From contig CAXMOD010000074.1 in assembly GCA_964194905.1 (NCBI GenBank), positions 3,940 through 67,939 of the forward strand: 64,000 bases of DNA, given 5' to 3'. The first letter of the stretch is position 1. Every line of letters starts with the position of its first letter. Shown here in pieces: positions 9,651 through 19,047 of the stretch. Position numbers and translations under genes: made by a program. The notes under the pieces are model-generated. The model did not search any database. It saw nothing but the letters and a program-made list of their open reading frames with translations, and was not told where the DNA came from. The DNA is from an uncultured Desulfobacterales bacterium (lineage in GTDB: Bacteria; Myxococcota_A; UBA9160; JAFDET01).

Positions 9651-10276
9651 AGCTCCTGGTCGATCCCGGCGAGCTCGCCAGCTACGAGGGCTGGAGCCGC
9701 GAGGTGTACGCCGACCTTCTCGCACTCCAGGAGGGACGACTTGCGGCCGGCGAGTTCGACGCGCGCTACCTGGTCACCAAGGCGGTCCTGGTGCTCGACG
9801 TGACCGGCTTCACGATCAACGCCATGCACGGCGGCGCTCTCACGAGCTTCCTGCGCATCCTCGACGTGCAGAAGGTCTGCCTGCCCGTACTGCGCGACGG
9901 GGGCGCCGCCTACGTGCGCACCTTCGCCGACGACATCGTGGCGCTCTTCGACGCTCCCGAGCTCGCGCTCGACGCGGCGCTCGAGATGCAGAGGCGCGTG
10001 GATGAGTTTCCCGAGGCGAGTACCGCGTACGCCGATCCTCCCGAAATCTGCATCGGACTCGGCTACGGGAGCCTGTACGCGATCGGTCCGAACTTCGCGA
10101 TGGGCGACGAGATGAATCGCGCCAGCGTGCTGGGCGAGGACGTGGCCCGCGGCGGCGAAATCCTGATCACCGAGGGGCTCCACGACGCGGTCGCTCCCCG
10201 CGCCGCTCTGGCGTTCGACCGGCAGACGAGGGATGACACTCCTTTCCCCTACTACCGCGTCGAGCGGACCAGCTAG
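9647..10276 (+). CDS. Class III nucleotidyl-cyclase-homology-domain (CHD)-like protein, stand-alone
   Basis: 209 aa. GTGA start/stop overlap with bioA. CHD-like layout: VLVLDVTGFT (metal Asp), FADDIVALF, IGLGYGSLY, GDEMNRASVLGE..GGEILITE. The Asn/Arg spacing is non-canonical. Confidence 0.5.
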   Translation: MKLLVDPGELASYEGWSREVYADLLALQEGRLAAGEFDARYLVTKAVLVLDVTGFTINAMHGGALTSFLRILDVQKVCLPVLRDGGAAYVRTFADDIVALFDAPELALDAALEMQRRVDEFPEASTAYADPPEICIGLGYGSLYAIGPNFAMGDEMNRASVLGEDVARGGEILITEGLHDAVAPRAALAFDRQTRDDTPFPYYRVERTS

Positions 10277-12021
10277 CGCCGCTCGCCCAGCGTCGCACGC
10301 AGCGGTACATGTGCCCCGTCGCGCTGCACCACGATCTCGACCTCGGTTCCGGGCTCCGCTCGGAAGAGCAGCGCCGCGAACTCCTCCAGGTTGGCCACCT
10401 CGGCGCCGTCGAACGACACGATGACATCGCCGTTGCGCAGGCCCGCCTTCGCGGCCGGGCTCCCGTCGCGCACGCCCTGGAGCCGCACGCCGCGCACCGG
10501 CTCGCCGCCGAAGGCCGGGATGGTGCCGAGGTAGACGCCGTAGCCACCTTCGCCGGAGAGCCGGAGGTTGGCGCCCGCAGGCCGTGCGGGCGGCCGCGCC
10601 GGCGAATTCGCCAGGCTCCACGCGACCCGGTGCACGAGCTGCGCTACGCGGGCGATACCCTCGGCGTCCACCCGATCGTCGTCGGGGGTGTGGTACTCGT
10701 CGTGCACGCCGGTGAAGAACAGCAGCGCCGGCACACCGCGCGCCGAGAACGACGTGTGGTCGGACGGGCCGAGGCCATCCTCCACGAGTTGGAGGCGCAG
10801 GCCCAGGGGATCCGCCGCCCGCCGCAGTAGACCGGGCCAGACCGGCGAAGTCTCGACGCCGTACACCGTCACCAGATCGGACACCAGGCGTCCGACCATG
10901 TCGAGATTCAGCATCGCCACCGTGTCCGCGAGCGGTCGCAGCGGGTGCTCGGCGTAGTGGTCGGAGCCGACCAGGCCCACCTCCTCGGCCGTGAAGCCGA
11001 TGAATACGAGCGTGCGTCCGGGCGCAGGGCCGCGCCCGAAGGCGCGCGCTAGCGCCAGCAGCGCCGCGGTGCCCGACGCATTGTCGTCGGCGCCGTTGTG
11101 GACCTCGCCGCGCCGGTCGGGAGCGAGGGTGTCGAACTGGCCGAAACCCAGGTGGTCGTAGTGGGCGCCGATCACGAGCGTCTCGTCTTCGTGCGTGCCC
11201 CGGCGCACGCCCACCACGTTGGCCACCTCGCCCGTCGTCCGCTCCACATGCGTACGCACGCGCACCTGCGCACCCGCCGCGGCGGACGCCGGCTTCCCGC
11301 TCTCGTCGATGCGTGCGCGTCGCTCCGCCAGGTCGGGCACCAGCCGTTCGGCGGCGGCCCGTGAGAGCCCGAGCAGCGGGAGGTTTCCGGCCGGGATCGT
11401 CGGGTTGCGATTGGCTTCCTCCGGGCGACCGGCCAGGCCCTCCGCTTTCGCACTGGCGGGGGCCAGCAGGACGGCTGCGGCCCCATGGCGGTGCGCGTTG
11501 ACGGCCTTGTAGGGTCGGGTGAGGTGGCTCCCGTGCCCCTTGCTCAGCGTCTTGGGCCCGTGGCTCAGGACCAGCACCACCTTGCCCTCGACATCGAGGT
11601 CCGCGTAGTCGTCGTAGCCGGACGCGGAGTCGCTGACGCCGTAACCCGCGAAGACCAGCTCGCCCGTCACGTCGCCGTCGGCGCTCCCCGAGAACGCCTC
11701 GAACTCCGTGCCGCGCGCGAATTCGCGCCCCTCGGCTTCGAGCCTCGCCTCGGCGACCCGAATCGACACCGGCATCTCGAAGCGCTGAAGCTGCGTCTCG
11801 AGCCCCGCCGCCTCGAACTCCGCGGCCAACCAGTCGGCGGCCGCACCCAGGCCCTCGGTGCCGAGGCCGCGGCCCTGGCGCGCGTCGTCGGCCAGCCATG
11901 CCACGTCGGCGCCGATGCGATCGGCGTCGAGCTCCGGCGCCGGCGCGAGCGGCCAGCTCCAGGGCAGGTGCGCGCAGGCGACGCCGACGCTCAGCAGCAG
12001 CATCCAACGCAGGTTCTTCAT
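10273..12021 (-). CDS. Secreted M28-family aminopeptidase with PA domain and C-terminal PDZ domain
   Basis: This is the last 582 codons of track ORF 10273..13158. Starts at MKNLRWMLLLSVGVACA (signal peptide). M28 motifs HYDHLG, NGADDNASG, FTAEEVGLVGS. C-terminal PDZ GVRDGSPAAKAGLRNGDVIVSFDG. Confidence 0.88.
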   Translation of the reverse strand: MKNLRWMLLLSVGVACAHLPWSWPLAPAPELDADRIGADVAWLADDARQGRGLGTEGLGAAADWLAAEFEAAGLETQLQRFEMPVSIRVAEARLEAEGREFARGTEFEAFSGSADGDVTGELVFAGYGVSDSASGYDDYADLDVEGKVVLVLSHGPKTLSKGHGSHLTRPYKAVNAHRHGAAAVLLAPASAKAEGLAGRPEEANRNPTIPAGNLPLLGLSRAAAERLVPDLAERRARIDESGKPASAAAGAQVRVRTHVERTTGEVANVVGVRRGTHEDETLVIGAHYDHLGFGQFDTLAPDRRGEVHNGADDNASGTAALLALARAFGRGPAPGRTLVFIGFTAEEVGLVGSDHYAEHPLRPLADTVAMLNLDMVGRLVSDLVTVYGVETSPVWPGLLRRAADPLGLRLQLVEDGLGPSDHTSFSARGVPALLFFTGVHDEYHTPDDDRVDAEGIARVAQLVHRVAWSLANSPARPPARPAGANLRLSGEGGYGVYLGTIPAFGGEPVRGVRLQGVRDGSPAAKAGLRNGDVIVSFDGAEVANLEEFAALLFRAEPGTEVEIVVQRDGAHVPLRATLGERR

Positions 12022-12051
12022 GGCCGGGACTCTAGCGGTATCCTCGCGGGC

Positions 12052-13317
12052 GTGACCGAGCGCGCGGACGTGCTCATCGTCGGCGGAGGCGTCGTCGGCG
12101 CGAGCCTTGCCTGGGCCCTGGCCGATCGCGGTGTCGAGGGCGTGGTGGTGGTGGATCTGGACCTGGCCGGGCTCTACGCCTCCTCGGAGCTGAACGCCGG
12201 GGGCGCGCGGGCCACCTGGTGGCAGCCGGTCAACATCGAAGCGTGTCGGATCACCCTCGACTTCTTCCGCGCTCATCGCGAGGAGTTCTCGTTTCTCGAG
12301 CGCGGCTACCTGTGGCTCTACGAGGACGCGGACCTGTGGGCGCAGGCGCTGGACAAGCGGGTGATCCAGAACGCATCCGGCCTCGGAGTGGAGGCGCTCG
12401 ACGCCGGGGAAGTGCGCGCGCGCTTCCCGATCCTCGACCGCAACATGGACGCCATCGTCGGCGCCACCTTCTCGCCGCGCGACGGTCTGCTCAACCCCAA
12501 CTCGGTACGGGCCTGGTATCGCGCCGAGGCCGAGCGCCTCGGGGTGCGCTTCCTCAACCGCCACTACGCGGCGGGCGTGGCGACCGGCGTCGTCTCGGGC
12601 GCGGCGGCGGGTCCACTGCGGCGGGTGACGCACGTGGACGTGGCCGAAGTGCGCCGCGGCGACCCCACCGACGACGACGGCACCGTGCGCGAGATCCTCA
12701 CCACCCACCGCGTGCCGGTGGGCGCCCTCGTCGCCGAAACCCGCGTCGCCTGCGAGGTCGTCATCAACTGCCTGGGCGCCTGGTCGCCGGTCTTCTCCGC
12801 CAAGATCGGCGTGCGCGACGTGACCGAGCCCGTGCGCCGCCAGATCGCGCTGGTGGACCTGCACGCAGACCTTTCCGAGCTCGGCATGATCGTCGATCCG
12901 AGCGGCCTCTATTTCCATCCCGAAGGGCCATACGTCCTGGCCGGCTACTCGACCCCCGAGGAGCCCCCCGGCTTCGACTTCGCGTACGACGGCGACGCCT
13001 TCTTCGAGCAGGAGATCTGGCCGCGCCTGGCCCACCGCGCGTCGAGCTTCGAGCGCTGTGGTCACGTGCGCGGCTGGGCCGGGCTCTACGCCGTGACCCC
13101 CGACTGCAGCGGCATCGCCGGGCACGTGGGCGGCTTCACCAACCTCTACGAAGCCCACTCCTTCACCGGCCGCGGCGTGATGCAGTCCTACGCCGTGGGC
13201 CGCGCCATGGCGGCGCTGGTCGCCGAGGGCGCCTTCGCCGAAGTGGACCTCTCCCCGCTCTCACGCGAGCGCTTCGCCGACCCCGCGCGCTGGGTCACCG
13301 AGGACCTGCACATCTAG
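12052..13317 (+). CDS. FAD-dependent oxidoreductase (DAO / glycine-sarcosine oxidase-like family)
   Basis: The GTG at 12052 is in frame with track ORF 11485..13317. Rossmann motif DVLIVGGGVVGASLAWALA. Length of 421 aa and C-terminal FTGRGVMQS are typical of DAO-family enzymes. Confidence 0.8.
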   Translation: MTERADVLIVGGGVVGASLAWALADRGVEGVVVVDLDLAGLYASSELNAGGARATWWQPVNIEACRITLDFFRAHREEFSFLERGYLWLYEDADLWAQALDKRVIQNASGLGVEALDAGEVRARFPILDRNMDAIVGATFSPRDGLLNPNSVRAWYRAEAERLGVRFLNRHYAAGVATGVVSGAAAGPLRRVTHVDVAEVRRGDPTDDDGTVREILTTHRVPVGALVAETRVACEVVINCLGAWSPVFSAKIGVRDVTEPVRRQIALVDLHADLSELGMIVDPSGLYFHPEGPYVLAGYSTPEEPPGFDFAYDGDAFFEQEIWPRLAHRASSFERCGHVRGWAGLYAVTPDCSGIAGHVGGFTNLYEAHSFTGRGVMQSYAVGRAMAALVAEGAFAEVDLSPLSRERFADPARWVTEDLHI

Positions 13318-13320
13318 GGG

Positions 13321-13791
13321 CTAGGCGTCGCCCTTGCCCGGATCGTCCCGCTCGCACCACGCGCGCGCGGCGCGCAGGTTTTCGTCGACGATCTCCTGCA
13401 CCAACTCGCGCACGGCGAAGCGGTCGAGTACCTCTCCCACCAGCGCGATGGAGTTGGGCGAGGTGAGCTTCAACGAAAGGCGGGTGCGGCCACCGCCGTT
13501 CTCGGGCGCCAGGGTCCAGGTCTGATCGAAGTGCACCAGCGACAGGCGCAGCTCCGTGCGCAGTCTTTCAGTGCGCACCACCTCGACCGGCACCTCGGTC
13601 ATGGGCATGGCCACGCCGTGCAGGCGGAAGCGCCAGAGAGCGGGCGAACCGGGCTTGGGGTAGTCGGCCGGGACGTCCACCGCGTTGGCGCGCTCGGGGC
13701 TCCAGGCGGCCACCTCGTCGGGACGGATCAGCGCATCCCACACGCGACCTCGATCCGCGTCGACGGAGACCGACATGGTCACAGTGATCAC
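13321..13791 (-). CDS. SRPBCC-superfamily (AHSA1/polyketide-cyclase-like) protein
   Basis: C-terminal part of track ORF 13321..14127. A GGAGG lies 9 nt upstream of the GTG at 13791 (alternative ATG at 13776). Sequence VSVDADRGRVWDALIRPDEVAAWSPE... is typical of SRPBCC proteins. Confidence 0.7.
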   Translation of the reverse strand: MITVTMSVSVDADRGRVWDALIRPDEVAAWSPERANAVDVPADYPKPGSPALWRFRLHGVAMPMTEVPVEVVRTERLRTELRLSLVHFDQTWTLAPENGGGRTRLSLKLTSPNSIALVGEVLDRFAVRELVQEIVDENLRAARAWCERDDPGKGDA

Positions 13792-13816
13792 GCCCGCGCT
13801 ACCTCCCCGGTCTCGA

Positions 13817-15223
13817 CTAGAACTCCGGCCAGTGCTGCGCCCAGGGGCGCGCCTGCTCGAATGCATAGGATGCCTGCAGGCACAGATCGTCGCGGTGCCG
13901 CGGCCCCACGATCTGCAGGCCGACCGGAAGCCCGGCCTCGGACAGGCCCGCGCGCACCGTGGACGCCGGGTGCCACGACAGGTTGAACGGAATGGTGAAG
14001 GCGCCGACGCCCGCGTCCGGCAGCTTGTTGCCTTCGATCTCCTGCGGAAAGGGACCCTTGGCGGGGGGAGGGTCGAACGGAAGCGTGGGTGTGAGCAGCA
14101 GGTCGTACTGCCCGAAAATCTCCGCACACCAGCGATTGAGCTCCGCGCGGCGTCGCCGCGACTCGGCCCAACGCTCGGGTGTCATGCGCCACCCCTGCTT
14201 GACCCCCCAGATGAAACTGCGCCCGAACTCGTCCTCGTGCTCGGGAAGATACTGCGCGAGCTCGCCCGCCGCCTCGAAAGAGTTGGCCATGCCCCAGTCC
14301 CGGCCGAGCGCGGGCGGGCCGCCCTTCAACAGCTCCACGTGGTGACCCAGCTCGGCGAAGGCGGCGGCGGCGTCGCCTACCACCTCGGCCACGTCGCGCT
14401 GCACGGGTGTGAAGTCGAGATCCGGGGAAAACCCGATGCGCAGGCCGTCCGGCAGGTCGCGCAGGGTCTCGCGGTAGGAGATGCCGGGGTGCGGCAGCGA
14501 GTTCGGATCTTCGCGGTGCGGTCCCGCCACCAGATCGAGGTGCAGCGCCGCGTCCTCCACGGTGCGCGTGAGCGGCCCGTGTACCGACGTGTCGATGCTC
14601 ACCCAGAACGGCAAGGGTCCGTGGGGGATGCGGCCGTAGCTCACCTTGTGGCCGAAGCAGCCGGTCATGGCGGCGGGGAGGCGCACGGAGCCGCCGCCGT
14701 CGCTCGCCGTGCCCAGCGGCACGACGCCGCCGGCGATGGCGGCCGAGGTGCCTCCGCTCGAGCCGCCGGGGCTCCGGTCCAGGTTCCACGGGTTGCGGGT
14801 CACGCCGAAGATCAGATTCTTGGTGATGGCGGTGTAGCCGAACTCCGGCGCGTTGGTCTTGCCGATCACGATGGCGCCGGCGGCGCGCAGGCGTTCCACC
14901 TGATACGAGTCGCGCGTCGCCATGTTGTCCTTGAAGGGGACCGAGCCCTTCGAGGTCACGAGGCCCTCCGCGTCTTCCAGGTCCTTCACTCCGAGGGGTA
15001 CGCCCTCCAGCGGACGTGCGTCGTCGGCTGCGATGCGCTCCGCTGCGGCGCGCGCGTCGGCGAGACAGGCGTCGGCGTCGCGCATGGAGGTAAAGGCGTT
15101 CAGCGTGGGCTGCGTTTCTTCGATGCGTGCGAGCGTCTCCTCCATCAGCTCGACGGGAGACAGCTCGCGGGCGGCCAGGAGGCGCACGGTCTCGGTGAGG
15201 GATCGGTGCAGGGGGTCGGCCAT
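13817..15223 (-). CDS. Amidase-signature (AS) family amidase
   Basis: The ATG at 15223 is preceded by GAAGGAG. AS motif GGSSGGTSAAIAGG, with GVPLGVKD upstream of it. 468 aa. Confidence 0.88.
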   Translation of the reverse strand: MADPLHRSLTETVRLLAARELSPVELMEETLARIEETQPTLNAFTSMRDADACLADARAAAERIAADDARPLEGVPLGVKDLEDAEGLVTSKGSVPFKDNMATRDSYQVERLRAAGAIVIGKTNAPEFGYTAITKNLIFGVTRNPWNLDRSPGGSSGGTSAAIAGGVVPLGTASDGGGSVRLPAAMTGCFGHKVSYGRIPHGPLPFWVSIDTSVHGPLTRTVEDAALHLDLVAGPHREDPNSLPHPGISYRETLRDLPDGLRIGFSPDLDFTPVQRDVAEVVGDAAAAFAELGHHVELLKGGPPALGRDWGMANSFEAAGELAQYLPEHEDEFGRSFIWGVKQGWRMTPERWAESRRRRAELNRWCAEIFGQYDLLLTPTLPFDPPPAKGPFPQEIEGNKLPDAGVGAFTIPFNLSWHPASTVRAGLSEAGLPVGLQIVGPRHRDDLCLQASYAFEQARPWAQHWPEF

Positions 15224-15272
15224 GGCTGCTCCTTCGCTCGGGGGGAACAGTCTACCAGGGACGGGCCGGCTC

Positions 15273-16088
15273 CTAGGGCAGTCGCTCCAGGAAGGCACCC
15301 ACGTGACGCAGCACCATCGCCGGCTGGTCGATGTGGACGTGGTGGCCGGCTTCCGGGATCTCGATCAGCTCGGCGTGGGGCAGCTCTTCGCGGAAGCTGC
15401 GCGCCGCCTCGGCGCTGAGGAACGGGCTCTCGTCGCCGCGCAGCAGGAGCGTCGGGCACTGCACGCCGCCGAGCGGCGGCAGCTTGCGGTAGGGCAGCGC
15501 AAACCAGCGCGGGTCGAACTTGAAGCCGAAGCGGCCGTCGGGCTCCTCGCGGAGCGAGCGATCCGCGATGTGGTCGCGCAGGGCGGGGTCGGCGTGGTCG
15601 GCGGAGGGCAGGAAACGGAAGCGCTCCAGCGCGCGTTCGCGCTTGGCGTAGGTAACGCGCAGGGACAACGCCCGGCGCGCGGAGCGGCGTACTGCCCGCG
15701 GCATGCCCCAGGCCAGGTCGAGCAGCACCAGCCCGCGCGTATCCGAGACGCGCGCGGCGTGCTCCAGGGCCATGTGGGCGCCCATGGAGTGGCCGATCAA
15801 GCAGGCGGGCGGGGCGTCCAGGTGGTCCAGCAGCGCATCCAGATCGTCGCCGAAGGCGCCCACCGCCGTCTCGTCCGGGTAGTCGGAATCCCCGTGCCCG
15901 CGGAAGTCGAGCGCAACTACGTGGAAGTGCTCGGCCCAGGTCGGCGCCAGATGGTCCCACCAGTGGGCATTGGAGCCGCCTCCGTGCAGCAGCACGAGCG
16001 TCGGGAGCACGGGGTCGCCCCAGCGCAGGGTGTGAAGATTCACCCCTCGGAGGCTGGGCGCCGTGAATCGTTCGGAGCGGACATTCAC
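15273..16088 (-). CDS. Alpha/beta hydrolase
   Basis: 271 aa, GTG start. LVLLHGGGSNAHWW, nucleophile elbow GHSMGA, HxxxxD region near the C-terminus. Confidence 0.85.
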   Translation of the reverse strand: MNVRSERFTAPSLRGVNLHTLRWGDPVLPTLVLLHGGGSNAHWWDHLAPTWAEHFHVVALDFRGHGDSDYPDETAVGAFGDDLDALLDHLDAPPACLIGHSMGAHMALEHAARVSDTRGLVLLDLAWGMPRAVRRSARRALSLRVTYAKRERALERFRFLPSADHADPALRDHIADRSLREEPDGRFGFKFDPRWFALPYRKLPPLGGVQCPTLLLRGDESPFLSAEAARSFREELPHAELIEIPEAGHHVHIDQPAMVLRHVGAFLERLP

Positions 16089-16151
16089 GGCGCCGGATCC
16101 TAGTACCCCCCGGAATCGGCCGCCAGACGCCGTATGCAGGCGGTTTTGGCT

Positions 16152-16179
16152 TTGACTCCGACGGGGAGTCGCCTATGAT
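16152..16179 (+). promoter_or_regulatory. Sigma70-type promoter candidate for the histone-fold gene (TTGACT-N16-TATGAT)
   Basis: TTGACT at 16152-16157 and TATGAT at 16174-16179, with a 16-nt spacer. It lies ~43 nt upstream of the ATG at 16222. A purine-rich SD (GGAGGGAAAGAGGAA) sits in between. Confidence 0.55.
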
Positions 16180-16221
16180 GCGCCGTCGCCCGCGAAGGGC
16201 GCATGGAGGGAAAGAGGAACG

Positions 16222-16416
16222 ATGGCAGCCCGCAAGAAGTCGGCTCCGAAGGAGCTCATCATCTCCAAGGCCCGTACCAAGGCCGCGACCAAGAAGTGCA
16301 ACGTCGGCAGCGAGTTCTACGCTGCGCTCGACCAGCACGTGCGCCAGGCGATCGCCGCCGCCGAACAACGCGCGCTCGGCAACAAGCGCAAGACCCTGAA
16401 GGCGGTCGATCTCTAG
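16222..16416 (+). CDS. Bacterial histone-fold DNA-binding protein (DUF1931 / Bdellovibrio Bd0055-HBb-like)
   Basis: 64 aa and Lys/Arg-rich. The pattern ELIISKARTKAATKK-CNVGSEFYAALDQHVRQAIAAAEQRALGNKRKTLKAVDL aligns position by position with the DUF1931 singlet histone fold (..vskvK......mn.s.e....L...i......A...grKT....Dl). Confidence 0.75.
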   Translation: MAARKKSAPKELIISKARTKAATKKCNVGSEFYAALDQHVRQAIAAAEQRALGNKRKTLKAVDL

Positions 16417-16440
16417 TCGAGACCGATGACGTTCGAAGCG

Positions 16441-16480
16441 AAGGGCCCTCCGGAGTCATCCGGCGGGCCCTTTCGCGTTT
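16441..16480 (+). terminator. Hairpin terminator after the histone-fold gene
   Basis: 14-bp stem with one mismatch: AAGGGCCCTCCGGA (16441-16454), GTCA loop, TCCGGCGGGCCCTT (16459-16472). Followed by TTTCGCGTTT, a weak T tract. Confidence 0.55.
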
Positions 16481-16581
16481 CGGGCGAGATCTCCCGGATC
16501 GGCACTCTCGAATCGGCAGGTTTGGAGCAACTTCCGGCCGCTTTACTTCCACTTCCGGTCAGGACCATACTTCGAGGCCCC

Positions 16582-18015
16582 ATGAGCCTCCACGCCCGCC
16601 TGACCGAAGAGATCCGAGGCGGACCTTCGGGACCGAAGGTCGCGGCCCTCTTCGACCTGGACCAGACGCTTCTGGCCGGCTTCTCGGCCGTGTCCTTCTT
16701 CCAGGAGCGTCTCTTCTCCGGGCGCATGGCCCCGCGCGACATCGCCGACTCGCTGCTGGGCGGGCTCTCCTTCGCGGTCGGCCGCACCGGCTTCTCCGGC
16801 ATGATGTCGGCCACCACGGCGGCCTACCGGGGACTCGCGGAATCGGTGCTCGAGGAGATCGGCGAGGAGGTCTTCGAAAAGCACCTGGCCACGCAGATCT
16901 ACCCGGAGTCGCGCGCCCTGGTGCGAGCACACCAGGACATGGGCCACACCGTCGCGATCGTCTCCTCGGCCACGCCCTACCAGGCGCTACCGCTGGCGCG
17001 GGACATGGGCATCGAGCACGTGCTCTGCACCCGACTCGAGGTCAAGGACGGCATCTTCACGGGTGAAGTGCTGCGTCCCACGTGTTGGGGCGAGGGAAAG
17101 GCCGAGGCCGCGCGCGATCTCGCCGCGCGTCACGACCTCGACCTCGCCGAGAGCTGGTTCTACACCGACAGCCACGAGGACCTGCCGCTTCTCGAGAGCG
17201 TGGGGCGGCCGCGTCCGCTGAACCCGAACAGCCGGCTCGCGCAGATCGCCAAGGAGCGCCAGTGGCCGGTGCGTCGCTTCACCAGCCGCGGTCGTCCGGG
17301 CCTCGGCGACCTGATGCGCACCGGCATGGTCTACGCGAGCCTCGTGCCGTCGCTGTGGGCGAGCGCGGCGGCGGGCCTGGCGAGCGGCTCGCGGCGTGAG
17401 GCGACCAACGTATTCGCCTCGGTGTGGGGCGACCTCGCGACGTCGCTCGCCGGGATCGATCTGCGCGTCGACGGCGAGGAGCATCTCTGGGAGCGGCGGC
17501 CTGCGGTCTTCATCTTCAACCACCAGAGCGCTCTCGACGCGGTGCTGATGATCAAGCTGCTGCGCCGCGACCTGACCGGCGTCGGCAAGAAGGAAATCCA
17601 GCGCAACCCGATCTTCGGGCCACTGTTCACCGCTGCCGGAGTGGTCTTCGTGGACCGCGCCGACACCGGCAAGGCCATCGAGGCACTCAAACCCGCCGTC
17701 GACGCCCTGCGCGAGGGGCGCTCGCTCGTGATCGCGCCGGAGGGGACGCGTTCGCCGACGCCGCGCCTCGGCCGCTTCAAGAAGGGCGCGTTCCACATGG
17801 CGATGCAGGCGGGCGTGCCGATCGTCCCGGTGGTGTTCCGCAACGTGCTGGATGCACTGCCGAAGGACGCCATGGTCGTGCGGCCCGCCACGATCGAAGC
17901 GGTGGTGCTCCCGCCGGTCGAGACGACGGACTGGAGCGTCGAGCGCCTCGACGACGAGATCGAATCCATTCGCGCGCGCTACCTGGAGGTCCTCGGACAG
18001 CGCCAGGGCCTCTGA
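16582..18015 (+). CDS. HAD-IB hydrolase fused to 1-acyl-sn-glycerol-3-phosphate acyltransferase (PlsC-type)
   Basis: The ATG at 16582 is in frame with track ORF 16426..18015. The upstream codons are occupied by the terminator hairpin. HAD motif I FDLDQTLL. Acyltransferase motifs NHQSALD and IAPEGTRS. Confidence 0.85.
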   Translation: MSLHARLTEEIRGGPSGPKVAALFDLDQTLLAGFSAVSFFQERLFSGRMAPRDIADSLLGGLSFAVGRTGFSGMMSATTAAYRGLAESVLEEIGEEVFEKHLATQIYPESRALVRAHQDMGHTVAIVSSATPYQALPLARDMGIEHVLCTRLEVKDGIFTGEVLRPTCWGEGKAEAARDLAARHDLDLAESWFYTDSHEDLPLLESVGRPRPLNPNSRLAQIAKERQWPVRRFTSRGRPGLGDLMRTGMVYASLVPSLWASAAAGLASGSRREATNVFASVWGDLATSLAGIDLRVDGEEHLWERRPAVFIFNHQSALDAVLMIKLLRRDLTGVGKKEIQRNPIFGPLFTAAGVVFVDRADTGKAIEALKPAVDALREGRSLVIAPEGTRSPTPRLGRFKKGAFHMAMQAGVPIVPVVFRNVLDALPKDAMVVRPATIEAVVLPPVETTDWSVERLDDEIESIRARYLEVLGQRQGL

Positions 18016-18029
18016 AAGCGGGAGGAAGA

Positions 18030-19034
18030 ATGCAGCAGCTTCGCGTCTCCGTTCTGGGTGCCGGCTCCTTCGGTACGACCATGGCGCACCTCGCCACACG
18101 CAACGCACCCACCACATTGTGGTGCCGCCGCCCGGAAGTCGCCGACGAGATCAACGCGCAGCACACCCACGAGCGCTATCTCTCGGGCTACCCCTTGGCG
18201 CCCGAACTGCGCGCCACCACATCGCTGGAAGAGGCGGTGTCGGGGAGCGACGTCGTCGTGATGGGCGTGCCGTCCCACGGCATGCGCGAGGTGCTCTCCG
18301 GGGTGGCGCAGCACATCCGCCCCTGGGTCCCGATCGTGAGCCTGGCCAAGGGGCTCGAGCCCGGCACCCACCTGCGCATGACCGAGGTGATTCGCGAGGT
18401 GCTCCCCGAGCACCGCGCCGGCGTGATCACCGGTCCCAACCTGGCCAAGGAGATCATGGCCGGTTTCGCGGCGGCGAGTGTCGTGGCCTTCGACGAGTCG
18501 GACGTGGCGCGCCAGATCCAGAACGTCTTTCATTGCGGCGTCTTTCGCGTCTACACCAACCGCGACGTCGTGGGCTGCGAGCTGGGCGGCGCCCTCAAGA
18601 ACGTGATCGCCATCGCGACGGGCATGGGCGACGGGCTTGGCGTGGGCGACAACACGCGCTCGGCGGTGATCACCCGCGGACTCGCCGAGCTGATGCGCCT
18701 GGGCGTGGCCATGGGCGGCGAGCCCGCCACCTTCGCTGGGCTCGCGGGCATGGGCGACCTCATCGCCACTTGCACCAGTCGCCAGAGCCGCAACCGCCAC
18801 GTGGGCGAGGAGCTGGGCAAGGGCCGCACCATCGACGAGATCATCGCCGACATGAACCAGGTGGCGGAGGGCGTGAAGACCACGCGCGTGGTGATGGAGC
18901 TGGGCGCCAAGCACGGCGTGGACCTGCCGATCTCCCATGAGGTGCACGGCGTCCTCTACGAGGGGCGCACCGCCATCGATGCGTACCGCGGCCTCACCCG
19001 CCGCGTGCCCGGCGCCGAGCACGATCCCGACTGA
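18030..19034 (+). CDS. gpsA: NAD(P)H-dependent glycerol-3-phosphate dehydrogenase
   Basis: GGAGGA SD upstream of the ATG at 18030. Motifs VLGAGSFGTTMA, GPNLAKEI and GGALKNVIAIATG. 334 aa. Confidence 0.92.
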   Translation: MQQLRVSVLGAGSFGTTMAHLATRNAPTTLWCRRPEVADEINAQHTHERYLSGYPLAPELRATTSLEEAVSGSDVVVMGVPSHGMREVLSGVAQHIRPWVPIVSLAKGLEPGTHLRMTEVIREVLPEHRAGVITGPNLAKEIMAGFAAASVVAFDESDVARQIQNVFHCGVFRVYTNRDVVGCELGGALKNVIAIATGMGDGLGVGDNTRSAVITRGLAELMRLGVAMGGEPATFAGLAGMGDLIATCTSRQSRNRHVGEELGKGRTIDEIIADMNQVAEGVKTTRVVMELGAKHGVDLPISHEVHGVLYEGRTAIDAYRGLTRRVPGAEHDPD

Positions 19035-19047
19035 GCGTCCACTCCTC

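Noticed and set aside
16426-16581. N-terminal extension of the HAD-PlsC gene (track start 16426)
   Set aside because: This region is occupied by the terminator hairpin of the histone-fold gene and encodes no HAD-like sequence. The HAD motif I follows shortly after the ATG at 16582.
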